Shown: positions 28,138-38,805, counted from the first letter of the stretch. The stretch is 60,694 bases of DNA from an uncultured Thermoproteaceae archaeon (GCA_964575955.1 CAZNTG010000002.1:1-60694); one strand, 5' to 3'. Notes: generated by a model from the sequence alone, not told the origin. Numbers and translations are program-made.

Positions 28138-29485
28138 TCTAACGATAGATATAATATTAATATTACTATCAATCTCAACATTTATAACACCAATATATCA
28201 AACGTATCTATACAATATAGGTAGAAAATTTAGAAATATATCAAACACATACGAAGATAAGTACATAATACTGCTACCAGTCAAGAAAGAACCAATTGAA
28301 ATAATAATAAACTTCTTCAAAAATAATAGAGAACTAGTTAATAGAAGTATACTAACAATACTGATAGCTGATGAGTATAGTAATGAAGAACTTAACATGA
28401 TAATAAGTAGATTATGCAAATTAAATGTTGAGAATATTCTCATAATACCATCTAGAAAATCTATAAATAAGGCATATGCATTAAACAGAGCATTAGACAT
28501 TATTAAAAATGGAGATTTCACAATAGTTGTATTTGATATAGATTCAATAATAGAATGTAAAATTCCGAAGTGTAGATCTGTAATAAGTCCTAGATGGGAA
28601 GGTTATAAAAATATAAAATCACTACTAGGTACAGGTCTTGAAGTTGGTTATAGAATATTTATGAAAATTATAGATGGTCTATACATCATAACTAGATGGA
28701 GACCAACACTTGGTTCAGGATTAGCGACATCTATAGAAGTTTTAAAAAGATTGAAATATTTTAATGAAAATGTAATACTTGAAGATGTTGATTATAGTAT
28801 TAGAAGTAGTATAGATAATATACCCATAGACTCATACAATAACTATGTAGTTAAAGTTCTTGTTCCAGCCACATACAACACACTCTTAAAGCAACAAGCT
28901 AGATGGGCATATGGTTCTGGAGAGTTAATTAGAAAGTATTTCAAATATATTATTAAGAGACCTATGATACTTCTATACTTTTATCAATACATGTCCTATC
29001 CATCTCAACTACTGTTAGCCATATTTCTATATATTGTAAATATTTTAAACATGTATATACCAATAGTACTTCAATATATGATAGTTATATTAATGATATA
29101 TACAGCATTAATATATTCAATATTTTGTATATATGAGATTGGTATTAAAGACTTTAAGGTTGTTAAAGATAGTTTAATAGCAATTAATAGAGTTAATATG
29201 GCTTATGCAGTTATGTCTCCAAGAATTTTCATATCATTCATCTTAGGAGTTTTAGGTAAGCCTTATAGATGGATTCCAACACCAAAAATTGAGAAAATAC
29301 CACCTCTACTTGTTAGAGTTAGATTGTACATAATTGAGATATTTATAAGTATTCTACTAATTGTGTTATTTTTACTATGTTTATTGTTAGGAAATATATT
29401 TCAAATATATGTTATAGATCCTGTAGCATTTACAATAACCTATGTATGGGGTACTTTTAGAGTTATTCAACGTGAGCTTACTTAG
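28127..29485 (+). CDS. Family 2 processive-type membrane glycosyltransferase
   Basis: KAYALN, FDID, LED, QQARW motifs and C-terminal TM helices; start 28103 or 28127. Confidence 0.85.
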   Translation: MPYNLTIDIILILLSISTFITPIYQTYLYNIGRKFRNISNTYEDKYIILLPVKKEPIEIIINFFKNNRELVNRSILTILIADEYSNEELNMIISRLCKLNVENILIIPSRKSINKAYALNRALDIIKNGDFTIVVFDIDSIIECKIPKCRSVISPRWEGYKNIKSLLGTGLEVGYRIFMKIIDGLYIITRWRPTLGSGLATSIEVLKRLKYFNENVILEDVDYSIRSSIDNIPIDSYNNYVVKVLVPATYNTLLKQQARWAYGSGELIRKYFKYIIKRPMILLYFYQYMSYPSQLLLAIFLYIVNILNMYIPIVLQYMIVILMIYTALIYSIFCIYEIGIKDFKVVKDSLIAINRVNMAYAVMSPRIFISFILGVLGKPYRWIPTPKIEKIPPLLVRVRLYIIEIFISILLIVLFLLCLLLGNIFQIYVIDPVAFTITYVWGTFRVIQRELT

Positions 29486-30114
29486 AGGTAGTCTAGTATG
29501 GATTTTCTCTTAATGTCAATTCTACCTGTTCTATATATTTCAACAATTTTCTTAATATCTTCATATATGTAATTTCTCAATTTTGGATTGTATAATGCTG
29601 CTGCTGGATGATATGTTGGTAGTATTGTTATATCTATTTCATTAAACATCTTTACGTTAAATATTCTACCTCTAATTTTAGATATTTGTGATACTTCTCT
29701 TTCTTTAAATCCACATAATTTTAAAATTTCTCTAGCACTATGCCTACCTAGGCATATTATTATTTTTGGTCTTATAATTCTAATCTGCCTTATTAGATAT
29801 GGTAGACAGGATCTAATTTCTTCATCTGTAGGATCTCTATTTTCTGGTGGTCTACATTTAACAACATTTGTAATATATACATCACTTCTAGATATTCCAA
29901 TTTCACTTAAAATTTTTGTCAATAAATTACCTGCTGGTCCTACAAATGGTCTACCTTGTTCATCTTCTTTCTCTCCGGGAGCTTCACCGATAATCATTAT
30001 ATCAGCATCAATCTTACCTTCACCAGGTACTGGTCTCTTCCTATACTTGTGTAGGGGACATTTTGTACATGTTAATATTTCATGTACTAGTTGCTCATAC
30101 TCTAGTTGATTCAT
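29482..30114 (-). CDS. udg: Uracil-DNA glycosylase family 4
   Basis: CTKCPLH, GEAPG, PFVGPAG, NVVKCRPPENRDP, TYHPAA. Confidence 0.95.
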   Translation of the reverse strand: MNQLEYEQLVHEILTCTKCPLHKYRKRPVPGEGKIDADIMIIGEAPGEKEDEQGRPFVGPAGNLLTKILSEIGISRSDVYITNVVKCRPPENRDPTDEEIRSCLPYLIRQIRIIRPKIIICLGRHSAREILKLCGFKEREVSQISKIRGRIFNVKMFNEIDITILPTYHPAAALYNPKLRNYIYEDIKKIVEIYRTGRIDIKRKSILDYL

Positions 30115-30156
30115 TTTGTACGATTAGTATATATAGTCTGTAGACATATAAGCTTC

Positions 30157-30846
30157 GTGATATTTAAATTTGGAAAATATAAACATTATAAGAAGATTAT
30201 AGGTCGTGTATTAGCAACGCCTGATGGTAAGGATCTTGGAAGAATAACATCTATTAAGGTTGGTAGGAAGAGTGGTCTTGTTAGAAGTATAGTATATGTA
30301 GACTCTTCAGGAAATGTTAGAGAAGTTAAAGTTCGTAGAATTATAGAAATTTCAAATGGTAAAGTTATTGCAGATGTTGAAATTCCAAAAGAAGAATCTA
30401 AAGTTAATAATGTTGGAAACTCTATTATTGGAAATATAGTTGATCTAAATATACTTGAACAATCTAAGTACGATATTAAGAAGAAGATTGAAGATATACA
30501 TACTAAATATGGTAAACTTCTTGAATTGTTGATTAATAAGGAGATAGATATTTCGATATATAGTGAAGTTAAAGATAGATTAGATAAGGAGAAAGAGGAA
30601 GTCAAGATATTGTGTGAACGTAAGATTAGAGAAATAGATGAGAAGATTAGAGATATTGATTATAGAACTGAAGATCTTAAAAGAAGGAGAAGTCAACTAT
30701 ATGTTAAGAAAGTTCTTGGTAATTTAACTCCTGAAGAAGAGAAAGAACTTCAAATTATCGATTCTATGTATAGAGAAGTTGAGGAGTGTAAGAAGAGGTT
30801 ATACTTACTCAGACAGGAGATTGTTAGTATATGTTCAAATATCTAG
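30157..30846 (+). CDS. CdvA-like protein (PRC barrel plus coiled coil)
   Basis: IIGRVLATPDGKDLGRI PRC barrel, then coiled coils with LELLINKEIDISIY and VLGNLTPEE turns; GTG start at 30157 avoids overlap with udg. Confidence 0.6.
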   Translation: MIFKFGKYKHYKKIIGRVLATPDGKDLGRITSIKVGRKSGLVRSIVYVDSSGNVREVKVRRIIEISNGKVIADVEIPKEESKVNNVGNSIIGNIVDLNILEQSKYDIKKKIEDIHTKYGKLLELLINKEIDISIYSEVKDRLDKEKEEVKILCERKIREIDEKIRDIDYRTEDLKRRRSQLYVKKVLGNLTPEEEKELQIIDSMYREVEECKKRLYLLRQEIVSICSNI

Positions 30847-31070
30847 TCAGTCTGCATACTTATTGATTTAAACTTCTCTGTTATTGCTCTATCAAATGGT
30901 ATAAACTCACCTGTATCATCATCTATATAACCAACGACTTTATGTTCTGTATTTCTTCTACATCTTGGACAGTATAGGTATAGTATACTTCCAAATGCTG
31001 TTAAATCAAAACCAACATCTAGATACATGTCAAGTCCACATTGTGTACATTTTAGTAACCACCTAGTCAT
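30843..31070 (-). CDS. Small Zn-ribbon protein
   Basis: CTQC ... YCPRCRRNTEH. Confidence 0.75.
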   Translation of the reverse strand: MTRWLLKCTQCGLDMYLDVGFDLTAFGSILYLYCPRCRRNTEHKVVGYIDDDTGEFIPFDRAITEKFKSISMQTD

Positions 31071-31076
31071 AGAACT

Positions 31077-31976
31077 CTACTTCTTGATTAGATTTATAAT
31101 AACTTCTACAAGCTTTTCTGCAGGACTTTTACCAAGTACTTGTGATAGTTCTCTCCAATCTGGAGATCCATTAACTTCTAAAACTACGAATGATCCATCT
31201 TTCTCTGCAATATCAACACCTGCATATATTAGTCCAAGTGCTTCCGTAGCTTTTATTGCAAGTTCTTCAACCTCTCTATCAATTTCATGACAAATCTCAC
31301 CTCTACCTCCCTGAGCTATATTTGTCTTCCAACTACCTTCAGGAGCTATCCTATACATGCATCCAAATATTTGACCATCTATGACTAGTACTCTTATATC
31401 TCTACCTGGCTTATTTACATACTCCTGCATGTATATTGGCTTTCTATATCCTAGTAATGTTTTCATAATTTGAAATGCAATATCTGGATCTGAAAGTCTT
31501 GTAATGCCAAATCCTCTAGATCCAGATATTGGTTTTAGCACAAAATCTTCAAGTTTTTTAGATTCTAAATATGCGTAGTATAGATCTTCTGTACATACAG
31601 TATATGGAACAGGAATTCCTCTCTTAGCAAGTTCGTAAGTTATTTCAAGCTTATTTCTAGATTTTAAGAATGGTTCTAGAGGATTTACAAGAATAACTCC
31701 AAGATCTTCAATTATTTTTAATGTTGTAACTCTCCTAAGATATTGTTCAAGATCGAGTAGAAATCCGATACTTCTGAGAAATGCTCCATCAAAATCTATC
31801 TTTCTATCTCTAATCTTAACATCAATAAAACCTTTAGAGAATGTTGTTGTTATTCTTGAAATTGGTATATAGCGAGCATTATAACCTTTCTTCTTTATAG
31901 TTTCATAAAGTTCTCTACATGGTCTATCAGGTAGTGGAGAATCTGCTATTATAGCTATCGTATACACAATGTTCAA
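31077..31976 (-). CDS. RimK/MptN-family ATP-grasp ligase
   Basis: LKPISGSRGFG, MQEYV, DIRV, WKTNIAQGG, AGVDI, LEVNGSP. Confidence 0.9.
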   Translation of the reverse strand: MNIVYTIAIIADSPLPDRPCRELYETIKKKGYNARYIPISRITTTFSKGFIDVKIRDRKIDFDGAFLRSIGFLLDLEQYLRRVTTLKIIEDLGVILVNPLEPFLKSRNKLEITYELAKRGIPVPYTVCTEDLYYAYLESKKLEDFVLKPISGSRGFGITRLSDPDIAFQIMKTLLGYRKPIYMQEYVNKPGRDIRVLVIDGQIFGCMYRIAPEGSWKTNIAQGGRGEICHEIDREVEELAIKATEALGLIYAGVDIAEKDGSFVVLEVNGSPDWRELSQVLGKSPAEKLVEVIINLIKK

Positions 31977-32035
31977 AATGGAAACTTCTTTTAATACTAT
32001 ATATACCTTACCTCACAATGATGATTTAGAAGATG

Positions 32036-33055
32036 TTACTCTACTTTAACCTCATATACTCTACCCCAAAACTCTTCATCAAACTTGTCTAACATTCTCA
32101 TTCTCTTACCAATGTCTGGATGTGTTGAGAATAATTCTTTAATCCTGTCTGTTAATGTTGGTTTTCTTCTCTTTAAGTACTCTATGAAACTATCAATATC
32201 TCTAAACTTAGTCTTAACTTCAACGAGTGGGTCTTGTATGAATAGTGTTCTAAATTGTAGTATTGATGACATCTCACTAATCTCCTCTCTACTTAATCCA
32301 TACTTAACTGCTAGTACTATCTTTGCAAGTGCTCTCTGTAGTAGTTTACCTCCACGTGGTATTAACATTACACTATGCCTATCTGCGTAGTATTCTCTAT
32401 ATCTACTAAATGCTAGTACAAATATGCTTAGTAGAAATGCAACTGCTATAAGTATTATTCCTATAAGTATCATGTATGCATATGCTGAATCTCTCTCACC
32501 CATTCCAAAGATCATAGACCAGAATCCAAGTCTATACATTAGGTCTCCAATATTCCAAATTATTGTTGGTATTAGACCTATAGCAATTATCAATGCTACA
32601 TCTCTATGCTTTAGATGTCCAATCTCATGTCCAAGTACTGCCTTTAACTCATCTTTACTCAATATGTCTAGTAGTGGTTCTGTAACTGCAACTTTAGGTC
32701 CTGTTAATGGTGATCCATATGCAAATGCGTTTGGTATTGGTATTCTAGCTATCATAACTCTCGGAATTTTCTTAAGTCCTGACTTTTCTGCAAGTTCACG
32801 TACAATATCGTACAGCTCTTTATGACGGTAAGGATCAGCTTCTCTACACATACACATCATATCTATTAGATATGGTCCAAGTAGCCATTGACCTAGTATG
32901 AATATTATTGATAATATTATTGCAATGTATAGAAACATCTGCATTGTTAACGATATTGCAAATATTCTGAAAATTATATATAGAACAGCAAGACCGCCAA
33001 GTACAGTAGCTATACCTGACAATACCATCGCTAGTCTAAGCTTCCAGAGACTCAT
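32036..33055 (-). CDS. htpX: HtpX membrane zinc protease (M48)
   Basis: PNAFAYG, HEIGH, SRYREYYAD, FSTHP. Confidence 0.93.
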   Translation of the reverse strand: MSLWKLRLAMVLSGIATVLGGLAVLYIIFRIFAISLTMQMFLYIAIILSIIFILGQWLLGPYLIDMMCMCREADPYRHKELYDIVRELAEKSGLKKIPRVMIARIPIPNAFAYGSPLTGPKVAVTEPLLDILSKDELKAVLGHEIGHLKHRDVALIIAIGLIPTIIWNIGDLMYRLGFWSMIFGMGERDSAYAYMILIGIILIAVAFLLSIFVLAFSRYREYYADRHSVMLIPRGGKLLQRALAKIVLAVKYGLSREEISEMSSILQFRTLFIQDPLVEVKTKFRDIDSFIEYLKRRKPTLTDRIKELFSTHPDIGKRMRMLDKFDEEFWGRVYEVKVE

Positions 33056-33107
33056 ACAGTAACGAAGTGTATTTTTTATGTTTAAAAAACTTGCTAGTAG
33101 ATAAACC

Positions 33108-33737
33108 GTGCACAGTGAGCATAGACTTTACAGAGTAGATACTAGATGTCCACAGTGTGGTATCTCAATGCCAAAATTACCAATGTGTAGACTAACAGGA
33201 ACATGTATTCAATGTGCTAGAAGTATGTTGTCAAATGATGTATGTGATAAATGTCCTGATAGAGATCTATGTAGTGTAGAATTGAGAGGATTAAACTACT
33301 TTAAAGAAATTGAACAAAAAATATCTATAATACTTCCAGACTTTCTAGAAGTTTTTAGAGATGAAATTATAGAATTATGCAAAACATCAAATAAGAGAAT
33401 TAATATTGAAGATATTGAAAACTTCGTCAGGGTAGTTGTAACAATATTAAATACATTACACATAGTTAAAGATATCTCTAAATGGTTGGTAATGGTGTTT
33501 AAACCTGAAGTTATTAGATGGATCATTAAAGCTCCTTTAGAACTTATAAACTTTTCAAATAAGTTTAGAAGTGCTTTAAGAGAGTATTCACTTATGTTAG
33601 AAGTTGATTATAAGATTGTTGAAAATATTGTTAAGTTGCTAACATTGAGATTCATATCATATTCTAAAAATATTAAAGATTTCATATATTCAACATTCAA
33701 GACTGAGATTGCTATACTACTTACACAGAGATTATAA
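33108..33737 (+). CDS. Hypothetical protein with Cys-rich N-terminus
   Basis: CPQC, C-x4-C-x2-C, CDKC-x4-C: likely metal-binding. Confidence 0.65.
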   Translation: MHSEHRLYRVDTRCPQCGISMPKLPMCRLTGTCIQCARSMLSNDVCDKCPDRDLCSVELRGLNYFKEIEQKISIILPDFLEVFRDEIIELCKTSNKRINIEDIENFVRVVVTILNTLHIVKDISKWLVMVFKPEVIRWIIKAPLELINFSNKFRSALREYSLMLEVDYKIVENIVKLLTLRFISYSKNIKDFIYSTFKTEIAILLTQRL

Positions 33738-34235
33738 TCTTCTATATCTAACATATCTTCTACCTTCTATAAATGACGATATTAGACATACTATTGATAT
33801 TGCTAGCGGTATAGCTCCAAATAGCATGTTTAGTATAGATATTGTATTTAGTATGTCTACACTACATTTCAAGTATAACGATTTAACTATGCTATATGTT
33901 GTATATGTTGAGTATAGTAGTAATATGCCAATTATCACACATGCAATACATAATTTAGTTAATGCTAACTTCTCTCTTCTACTAGCTGCACCTCTAATTG
34001 CTAGAAATAGTAGAAATTGAATTATCATAAATGCACAGCATATTAATGTCCATGTGAGTATTGAAGTTCCTGTAAAGCTATATTGTGCTCCAATAACATT
34101 AACATCTATACATCCTGTAGGTACTTCATGTTGTAGTTCTGTGTATAGTGTTTGAAAGTTTACTACACATATGCCAATTATAGATATTACAAGTATGACT
34201 ATGCCTAGCGTTGCTAATCCATATGTAATCTTCAT
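33732..34235 (-). CDS. Hypothetical membrane protein (about 4 TM)
   Basis: Hydrophobic segments and basic C-terminus. Confidence 0.6.
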   Translation of the reverse strand: MKITYGLATLGIVILVISIIGICVVNFQTLYTELQHEVPTGCIDVNVIGAQYSFTGTSILTWTLICCAFMIIQFLLFLAIRGAASRREKLALTKLCIACVIIGILLLYSTYTTYSIVKSLYLKCSVDILNTISILNMLFGAIPLAISIVCLISSFIEGRRYVRYRRL

Positions 34236-34241
34236 GCTTAA

Positions 34242-34481
34242 TCACATCTTCGTCATGTATATACACTGTCTAATCCTAATCTTACACTCTTTACAGGATA
34301 GTGTTCTCTCAATAATTTTAACTTTAGTTCTAGGATCTTCTCTCAGATATATTGCATCTATAGACATCATTGAGCCACAGTTTGGGCATTTTAGAAGTTG
34401 ATGATTATTCTTTACAGATTCAGGAAGATTAACATTACCTCCAATACACATTGAGACTACTCGTCTAATGATCGAGGACAC
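34242..34481 (-). CDS. Small Zn-ribbon protein
   Basis: CPNC ... CKEC; start uncertain. Confidence 0.6.
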   Translation of the reverse strand: MSSIIRRVVSMCIGGNVNLPESVKNNHQLLKCPNCGSMMSIDAIYLREDPRTKVKIIERTLSCKECKIRIRQCIYMTKM

Positions 34482-34539
34482 ATATAGAGTGTCATTGTGA
34501 GAAAAATAAAGATTTAGCTTGTGTTAAAGATTATCTAAT

Positions 34540-34746
34540 ATGAGCTTAGAAATACCTCCAGATTTAAGACAATATCTTGAAATTGTTGAAGAAGGAAATG
34601 TTAAACATATTAGATGTAAATGGAGAAGTTCTAGAGGAAATGAATGTGGATGTCTCTTCTTCTCACTTGAAGATGCTATAAGACATCTAGTAACTCACGA
34701 TCCTGAGAGACTGAGAAAGTACTTATTAAGATATTTGAAAAAGTAA
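34540..34746 (+). CDS. Small C2H2-type zinc-finger-like protein
   Basis: C-x9-C-x3-F-x8-H-x3-H (RCKW...ECGCLFFSLEDAIRHLVTH). Confidence 0.65.
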   Translation: MSLEIPPDLRQYLEIVEEGNVKHIRCKWRSSRGNECGCLFFSLEDAIRHLVTHDPERLRKYLLRYLKK

Positions 34747-34750
34747 TGTT

Positions 34751-35194
34751 GTGTCAGAGCAAGTACAGAAGTTATCTATAGATGAAGTTTTGTCAAAAGT
34801 TAGAAAGTTAGAAAATTTTGAAGTTATCAAGTATGAAGATGATAAGATAGTTGTAACACCTGTGAAAGGTATTGTCAAGATAGGCCAGGATGAAGAATTG
34901 AAGAAGTATCTAGGAGAAGCTAAGAGAAGAAGACCTAGAGGAAAACCAACAGAAAAACAATTAAAATTACTAGAAAGTATTGTTAAGAAATTGCTAGAGG
35001 AGAAGATTAATTTTAAAGTAGTATTTGAAGGTAAAGAGATAATACTAAGATTTGATATTGATCACTTCATAAAAGTTACAGATAAGGAAGTCAAAATAGC
35101 AGGATTTAAAAATGAAAATGAAAGTCCTATAGATAAGATATATAACATACTTACAGGATATGGAAAAGTACTATTTCTAAAAGTTGTCAAATAG
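34751..35194 (+). CDS. Hypothetical protein
   Basis: 147 aa, charged, typical codon usage, operon-like spacing with the previous gene. Confidence 0.7.
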   Translation: MSEQVQKLSIDEVLSKVRKLENFEVIKYEDDKIVVTPVKGIVKIGQDEELKKYLGEAKRRRPRGKPTEKQLKLLESIVKKLLEEKINFKVVFEGKEIILRFDIDHFIKVTDKEVKIAGFKNENESPIDKIYNILTGYGKVLFLKVVK

Positions 35195-35253
35195 TATATA
35201 TTCAATATCTGTCTAAACCCCTTATAAATCTTGTAGGTAATCTACGTCTCAAG

Positions 35254-36009
35254 ATGATACCTAGAATAGTACTATGTGAAGAACATCCAAAAGCTATGAT
35301 TAGAGTAAATTCATCAAAAATATTGAAATTATCAATTAGTAAAGATCTTCTACATATCGATATTGAACCAATATCAAAAAATTCAGAAGAAAGTGACTGT
35401 CTACTATACATACCTTATCGAGGTATCTACCATATGAATGATCTAGTAGAACCACTGAAAAGTGGTGATATATCATATGTAGAGATTGTATTAGAAACTA
35501 GAAGAACATTAAAAATGTATGAAATTCAAATATCTCAAAATATGATACAGATGGTCTCACATAGCTTAGATGATAGTTTCTTTAGAGGTTATGTAGTTAA
35601 TAATAGTGATAAGATTGGATTAAGAATATTGAAGAAGTTAATACATTATTATCAATCTCTAACACTACCAATATACTGCTGTCTAATAAAAACTATACCA
35701 CTTGAGAGATATCCAATAAATACATCAATATTAACAACATACATGTGTAAGAGACGTAAGAATATTGATCTATACTACTCATCTGGAAGATGTGTACTTA
35801 TTAGGAAGGTTAGTGAATCTAGATATAACATATCTCTAATATTTTCAATATCTTACAGTACAGAGTTTTTAAATATGATTCTGGAAATATTTAAGAGATC
35901 TAGACTAATACTTGATTTAAAGCTTGGTAGAGTTGATAAAGTTGAAGGTATTAAGACTATACTTGATATATTCTCTAGAGCTGAATATTCTACAATACAG
36001 GAAAATTAA
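35254..36009 (+). CDS. Hypothetical protein
   Basis: 251 aa ORF with TTATAAA upstream; no motif recognised. Confidence 0.6.
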   Translation: MIPRIVLCEEHPKAMIRVNSSKILKLSISKDLLHIDIEPISKNSEESDCLLYIPYRGIYHMNDLVEPLKSGDISYVEIVLETRRTLKMYEIQISQNMIQMVSHSLDDSFFRGYVVNNSDKIGLRILKKLIHYYQSLTLPIYCCLIKTIPLERYPINTSILTTYMCKRRKNIDLYYSSGRCVLIRKVSESRYNISLIFSISYSTEFLNMILEIFKRSRLILDLKLGRVDKVEGIKTILDIFSRAEYSTIQEN

Positions 36010-36513
36010 TTACCTACTTACCTGCTCTATAGTTTGAATAATATTTCTAACATTTTCAACATTTTTCAACTTTACATAGTTGTACCTACCTCTTCTCTCA
36101 ACTATCAATAATCCTCTCTCTGATAATCTATGAACTATCTTTGTAACTGTAGACTTAGGAAGATTTAATGTTCTATATATCTCCATCTGATAACATTCAC
36201 CTCCACGACTAATTAGAAATTTCAAGACTTTCAATTCATCCAACGTTAATTGTGCAATAATCTTTCTCATAGTATTATCCTCTCTAACAATTATAGGTTC
36301 AGGAACTGTGTCTACTCTAGACTTCTCTTCTACCTTCCCTTCTACTCTTCTCTCAGATTGTTCAACTTCTATCTTCTCAAATCTTTCAACTGTACCTCTA
36401 CGTTCTTCCACTCTTCTAGACTTGATAAGCTTCTTAACGTGAATTGAGAAGAGTGAGTATAATATTGCGAATGATGCTACGTAGAGTATTACTAGTATGA
36501 GATTAGAATCCAT
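36010..36513 (-). CDS. Membrane-anchored winged-helix protein
   Basis: N-terminal TM; C-terminal GGECYQMEIYRTLNLPKSTVTKIVHRLSERGLL wHTH. Confidence 0.8.
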   Translation of the reverse strand: MDSNLILVILYVASFAILYSLFSIHVKKLIKSRRVEERRGTVERFEKIEVEQSERRVEGKVEEKSRVDTVPEPIIVREDNTMRKIIAQLTLDELKVLKFLISRGGECYQMEIYRTLNLPKSTVTKIVHRLSERGLLIVERRGRYNYVKLKNVENVRNIIQTIEQVSR

Positions 36514-36515
36514 TA

Positions 36516-37229
36516 CTACGCTGTGGTCACCTCACTTATTAATTTATCAACCTCATCAACAACTTTATCTGTTAATCCTATACTATATACTTCCTGTTCA
36601 AGTTCTGCATATCCTAAATCTAGCATGTCATTAGTAATTTTGAATCCTCTCTCAACAAGTAGATCTACAACTCTCCTAACTATGTCTATCTTCTTTCCTA
36701 TACATGTTATCTTTATTAGAAGTTTACCAATATCATATCCATCTCTTGAAAAAATCTGCACTATAAGCCATGTATTTCCTGCTGTGCTAAATGTCTTTCT
36801 AACACTTCCAATTCTACCACTATCATAATCTACAAGCCATCCTCTCTTCAATATACTTTCCGCAATTTCTAAACTACTTCTAAAATCAGTCACGTAAGAT
36901 ACTACAAGTCTAACTATCTCAACTATCTCACGTACTCTACTAACAACCTTATCTAGAGAAGTATATACATACTCTACTGGACTTGGTGTTAAGTATACAG
37001 CTTTATCACTTGGTGAATAATCTACAGATAGTCTAAGTCTTGTAGATAGTGAAGATATTAGAGATATCTCTCCATGAGAAAATCCTACAAGTTTAATAAG
37101 TCTGAGAGTGTACATGTTAGATTTCAAGTCATGCATTACTCTAATCTCAACATTTCTATCCTGTGTTATTGGAATTCTTAAAGATAGTATTTCAAAATCT
37201 TCAGTCTTCTCTTCAACTTTCCACTCCAC
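36516..37229 (-). CDS. Hypothetical protein
   Basis: 237 aa ORF in operon-like arrangement with the wHTH gene. Confidence 0.65.
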   Translation of the reverse strand: MEWKVEEKTEDFEILSLRIPITQDRNVEIRVMHDLKSNMYTLRLIKLVGFSHGEISLISSLSTRLRLSVDYSPSDKAVYLTPSPVEYVYTSLDKVVSRVREIVEIVRLVVSYVTDFRSSLEIAESILKRGWLVDYDSGRIGSVRKTFSTAGNTWLIVQIFSRDGYDIGKLLIKITCIGKKIDIVRRVVDLLVERGFKITNDMLDLGYAELEQEVYSIGLTDKVVDEVDKLISEVTTA

Positions 37230-37284
37230 GAATATATAATCCCAGAGACGTAGTTAAATATCTAATCTTCAGGAACATTATTGA

Positions 37285-37722
37285 GTGATGAATAGAAGAT
37301 CTAGAGGTAGAGATTTCAAGAGTAGGGATAGGATTGTGGAGTTGAATTATGTTATAAGGTTTAGACCTGAATATCTAGATAGAGTCTTATCAGGAAGTAA
37401 GAGAGTAACTGTTAGATTAGGCATTGTTAGACCTAGATTTGGAGAAGTATTAATAACATGTGGAAACTTAGTATATGGTGTTGGTGAAATTGAGAGTTTC
37501 GAAATCTACCGTATTGATCAACTACCTGAAAATATAGTTAGAGAAGAAGGTTTTAAATCAAAGAGTGAACTATTAAATGCATTAAGACAACTATACCCAG
37601 AAATAAAAGATACAAGTTTTGTAACAGTTATAAGATTTAAAGTTAAGAAGATTTTTAAAAATCCAAAACCTCTAAACATGGCAGTTCAACAATTTAAAGA
37701 AGGTAAACTCAGTATTGACTAG
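37285..37722 (+). CDS. ASCH domain RNA-binding protein
   Basis: VLSGSKRVTVR, EEGF...L...Y, VTVIRF. Confidence 0.85.
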   Translation: MMNRRSRGRDFKSRDRIVELNYVIRFRPEYLDRVLSGSKRVTVRLGIVRPRFGEVLITCGNLVYGVGEIESFEIYRIDQLPENIVREEGFKSKSELLNALRQLYPEIKDTSFVTVIRFKVKKIFKNPKPLNMAVQQFKEGKLSID

Positions 37723-38805
37723 ATGAACTTTAGAAAACTTACTAGATTGAAAGAATTATTTGAAAGTAAAGACATAGATGCAGTTGTGATAAGATCAGAG
37801 AAAAATTTAGAATATTTTCTAGAAGTTGAATTTGAAACTCCAACAGCGTTATTAGTCATTTATAGAGATCTAACATATAGACTATACATATCAAAGTTAG
37901 ACTATGATAGAGTGTTAGATAGTGTGGAGAACCTAGATAGAGATAGTGTGTATAGATTATCTACAAATCCTGAAGATGTGAATGAGATAAATTATAGAGA
38001 AGTATATAAACATTCTCTAAGAGATTGTAAGAGAGTTGGTTTTGACAATTCTCTAGGAATATCTGAGAGATTGAAAAATTTAGATATAGAGATTGTAGAT
38101 TTATATAATGATATTCTGAAGATTAGGAGTATTAAAGATGAGTATGAGATAGAGATTATTAAGAAAGCTATTAAGATTTCTGAAAAATGTCTTGAAAATG
38201 TTTTAAATATTGTTAAACCTGGTGTTAGGGAAGTTGAAATATCTTCACAACTATGCAAAATAGCTATTGAACATGATTCTTGGTTTGCATTTAAGCCTAT
38301 AGTAGCTTCAGGTCCAAACTCAGCATATCCTCATCATGTTACAGGTCTTAGAAAGATAGAGAATCAGGATGTTGTTATTATAGATTTTGGTGTTAGATAT
38401 AGATGTTATTGTAGTGATATAACTAGAACAATATTTGTAGGAAATCCACCTAAAGATTTTAGAGATACATATCTAGCAGTATTAGAAGCTCATAATGAGG
38501 GAGTTAGAAATGCTAAAGATGGTGTTAGAGCATCTGAAGTTGATAAAGCTGTTAGAAATGTATTGAGAGAGTATGGTTTAGATAAGTATTTCATACATTC
38601 AACAGGTCATGGCATTGGAATTGAATGTCATGAACCTCCAAGTATAAGTTCAATATCTGAAGATGTTTTGAAGAGTGGAAATATTATAACGATAGAGCCT
38701 GGAGTTTATATAAAGTCTAGGTATGGTATTAGAATAGAGGATGATTATCTAATTAGAGAAAATTCCTGTATTAGATTAACAAGAATTCCACAATTACTCA
38801 TCTAG
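37723..38805 (+). CDS. Xaa-Pro peptidase (M24B)
   Basis: IDFG...SDITRT, HSTGHGIG..HE, TIEPGVY, GIRIED. Confidence 0.93.
   Translation: MNFRKLTRLKELFESKDIDAVVIRSEKNLEYFLEVEFETPTALLVIYRDLTYRLYISKLDYDRVLDSVENLDRDSVYRLSTNPEDVNEINYREVYKHSLRDCKRVGFDNSLGISERLKNLDIEIVDLYNDILKIRSIKDEYEIEIIKKAIKISEKCLENVLNIVKPGVREVEISSQLCKIAIEHDSWFAFKPIVASGPNSAYPHHVTGLRKIENQDVVIIDFGVRYRCYCSDITRTIFVGNPPKDFRDTYLAVLEAHNEGVRNAKDGVRASEVDKAVRNVLREYGLDKYFIHSTGHGIGIECHEPPSISSISEDVLKSGNIITIEPGVYIKSRYGIRIEDDYLIRENSCIRLTRIPQLLI

Noticed and set aside
32018-32035. ATGATGA as a C box of another sRNA
   Set aside because: No suitably spaced CTGA D box or GC-rich guides follow
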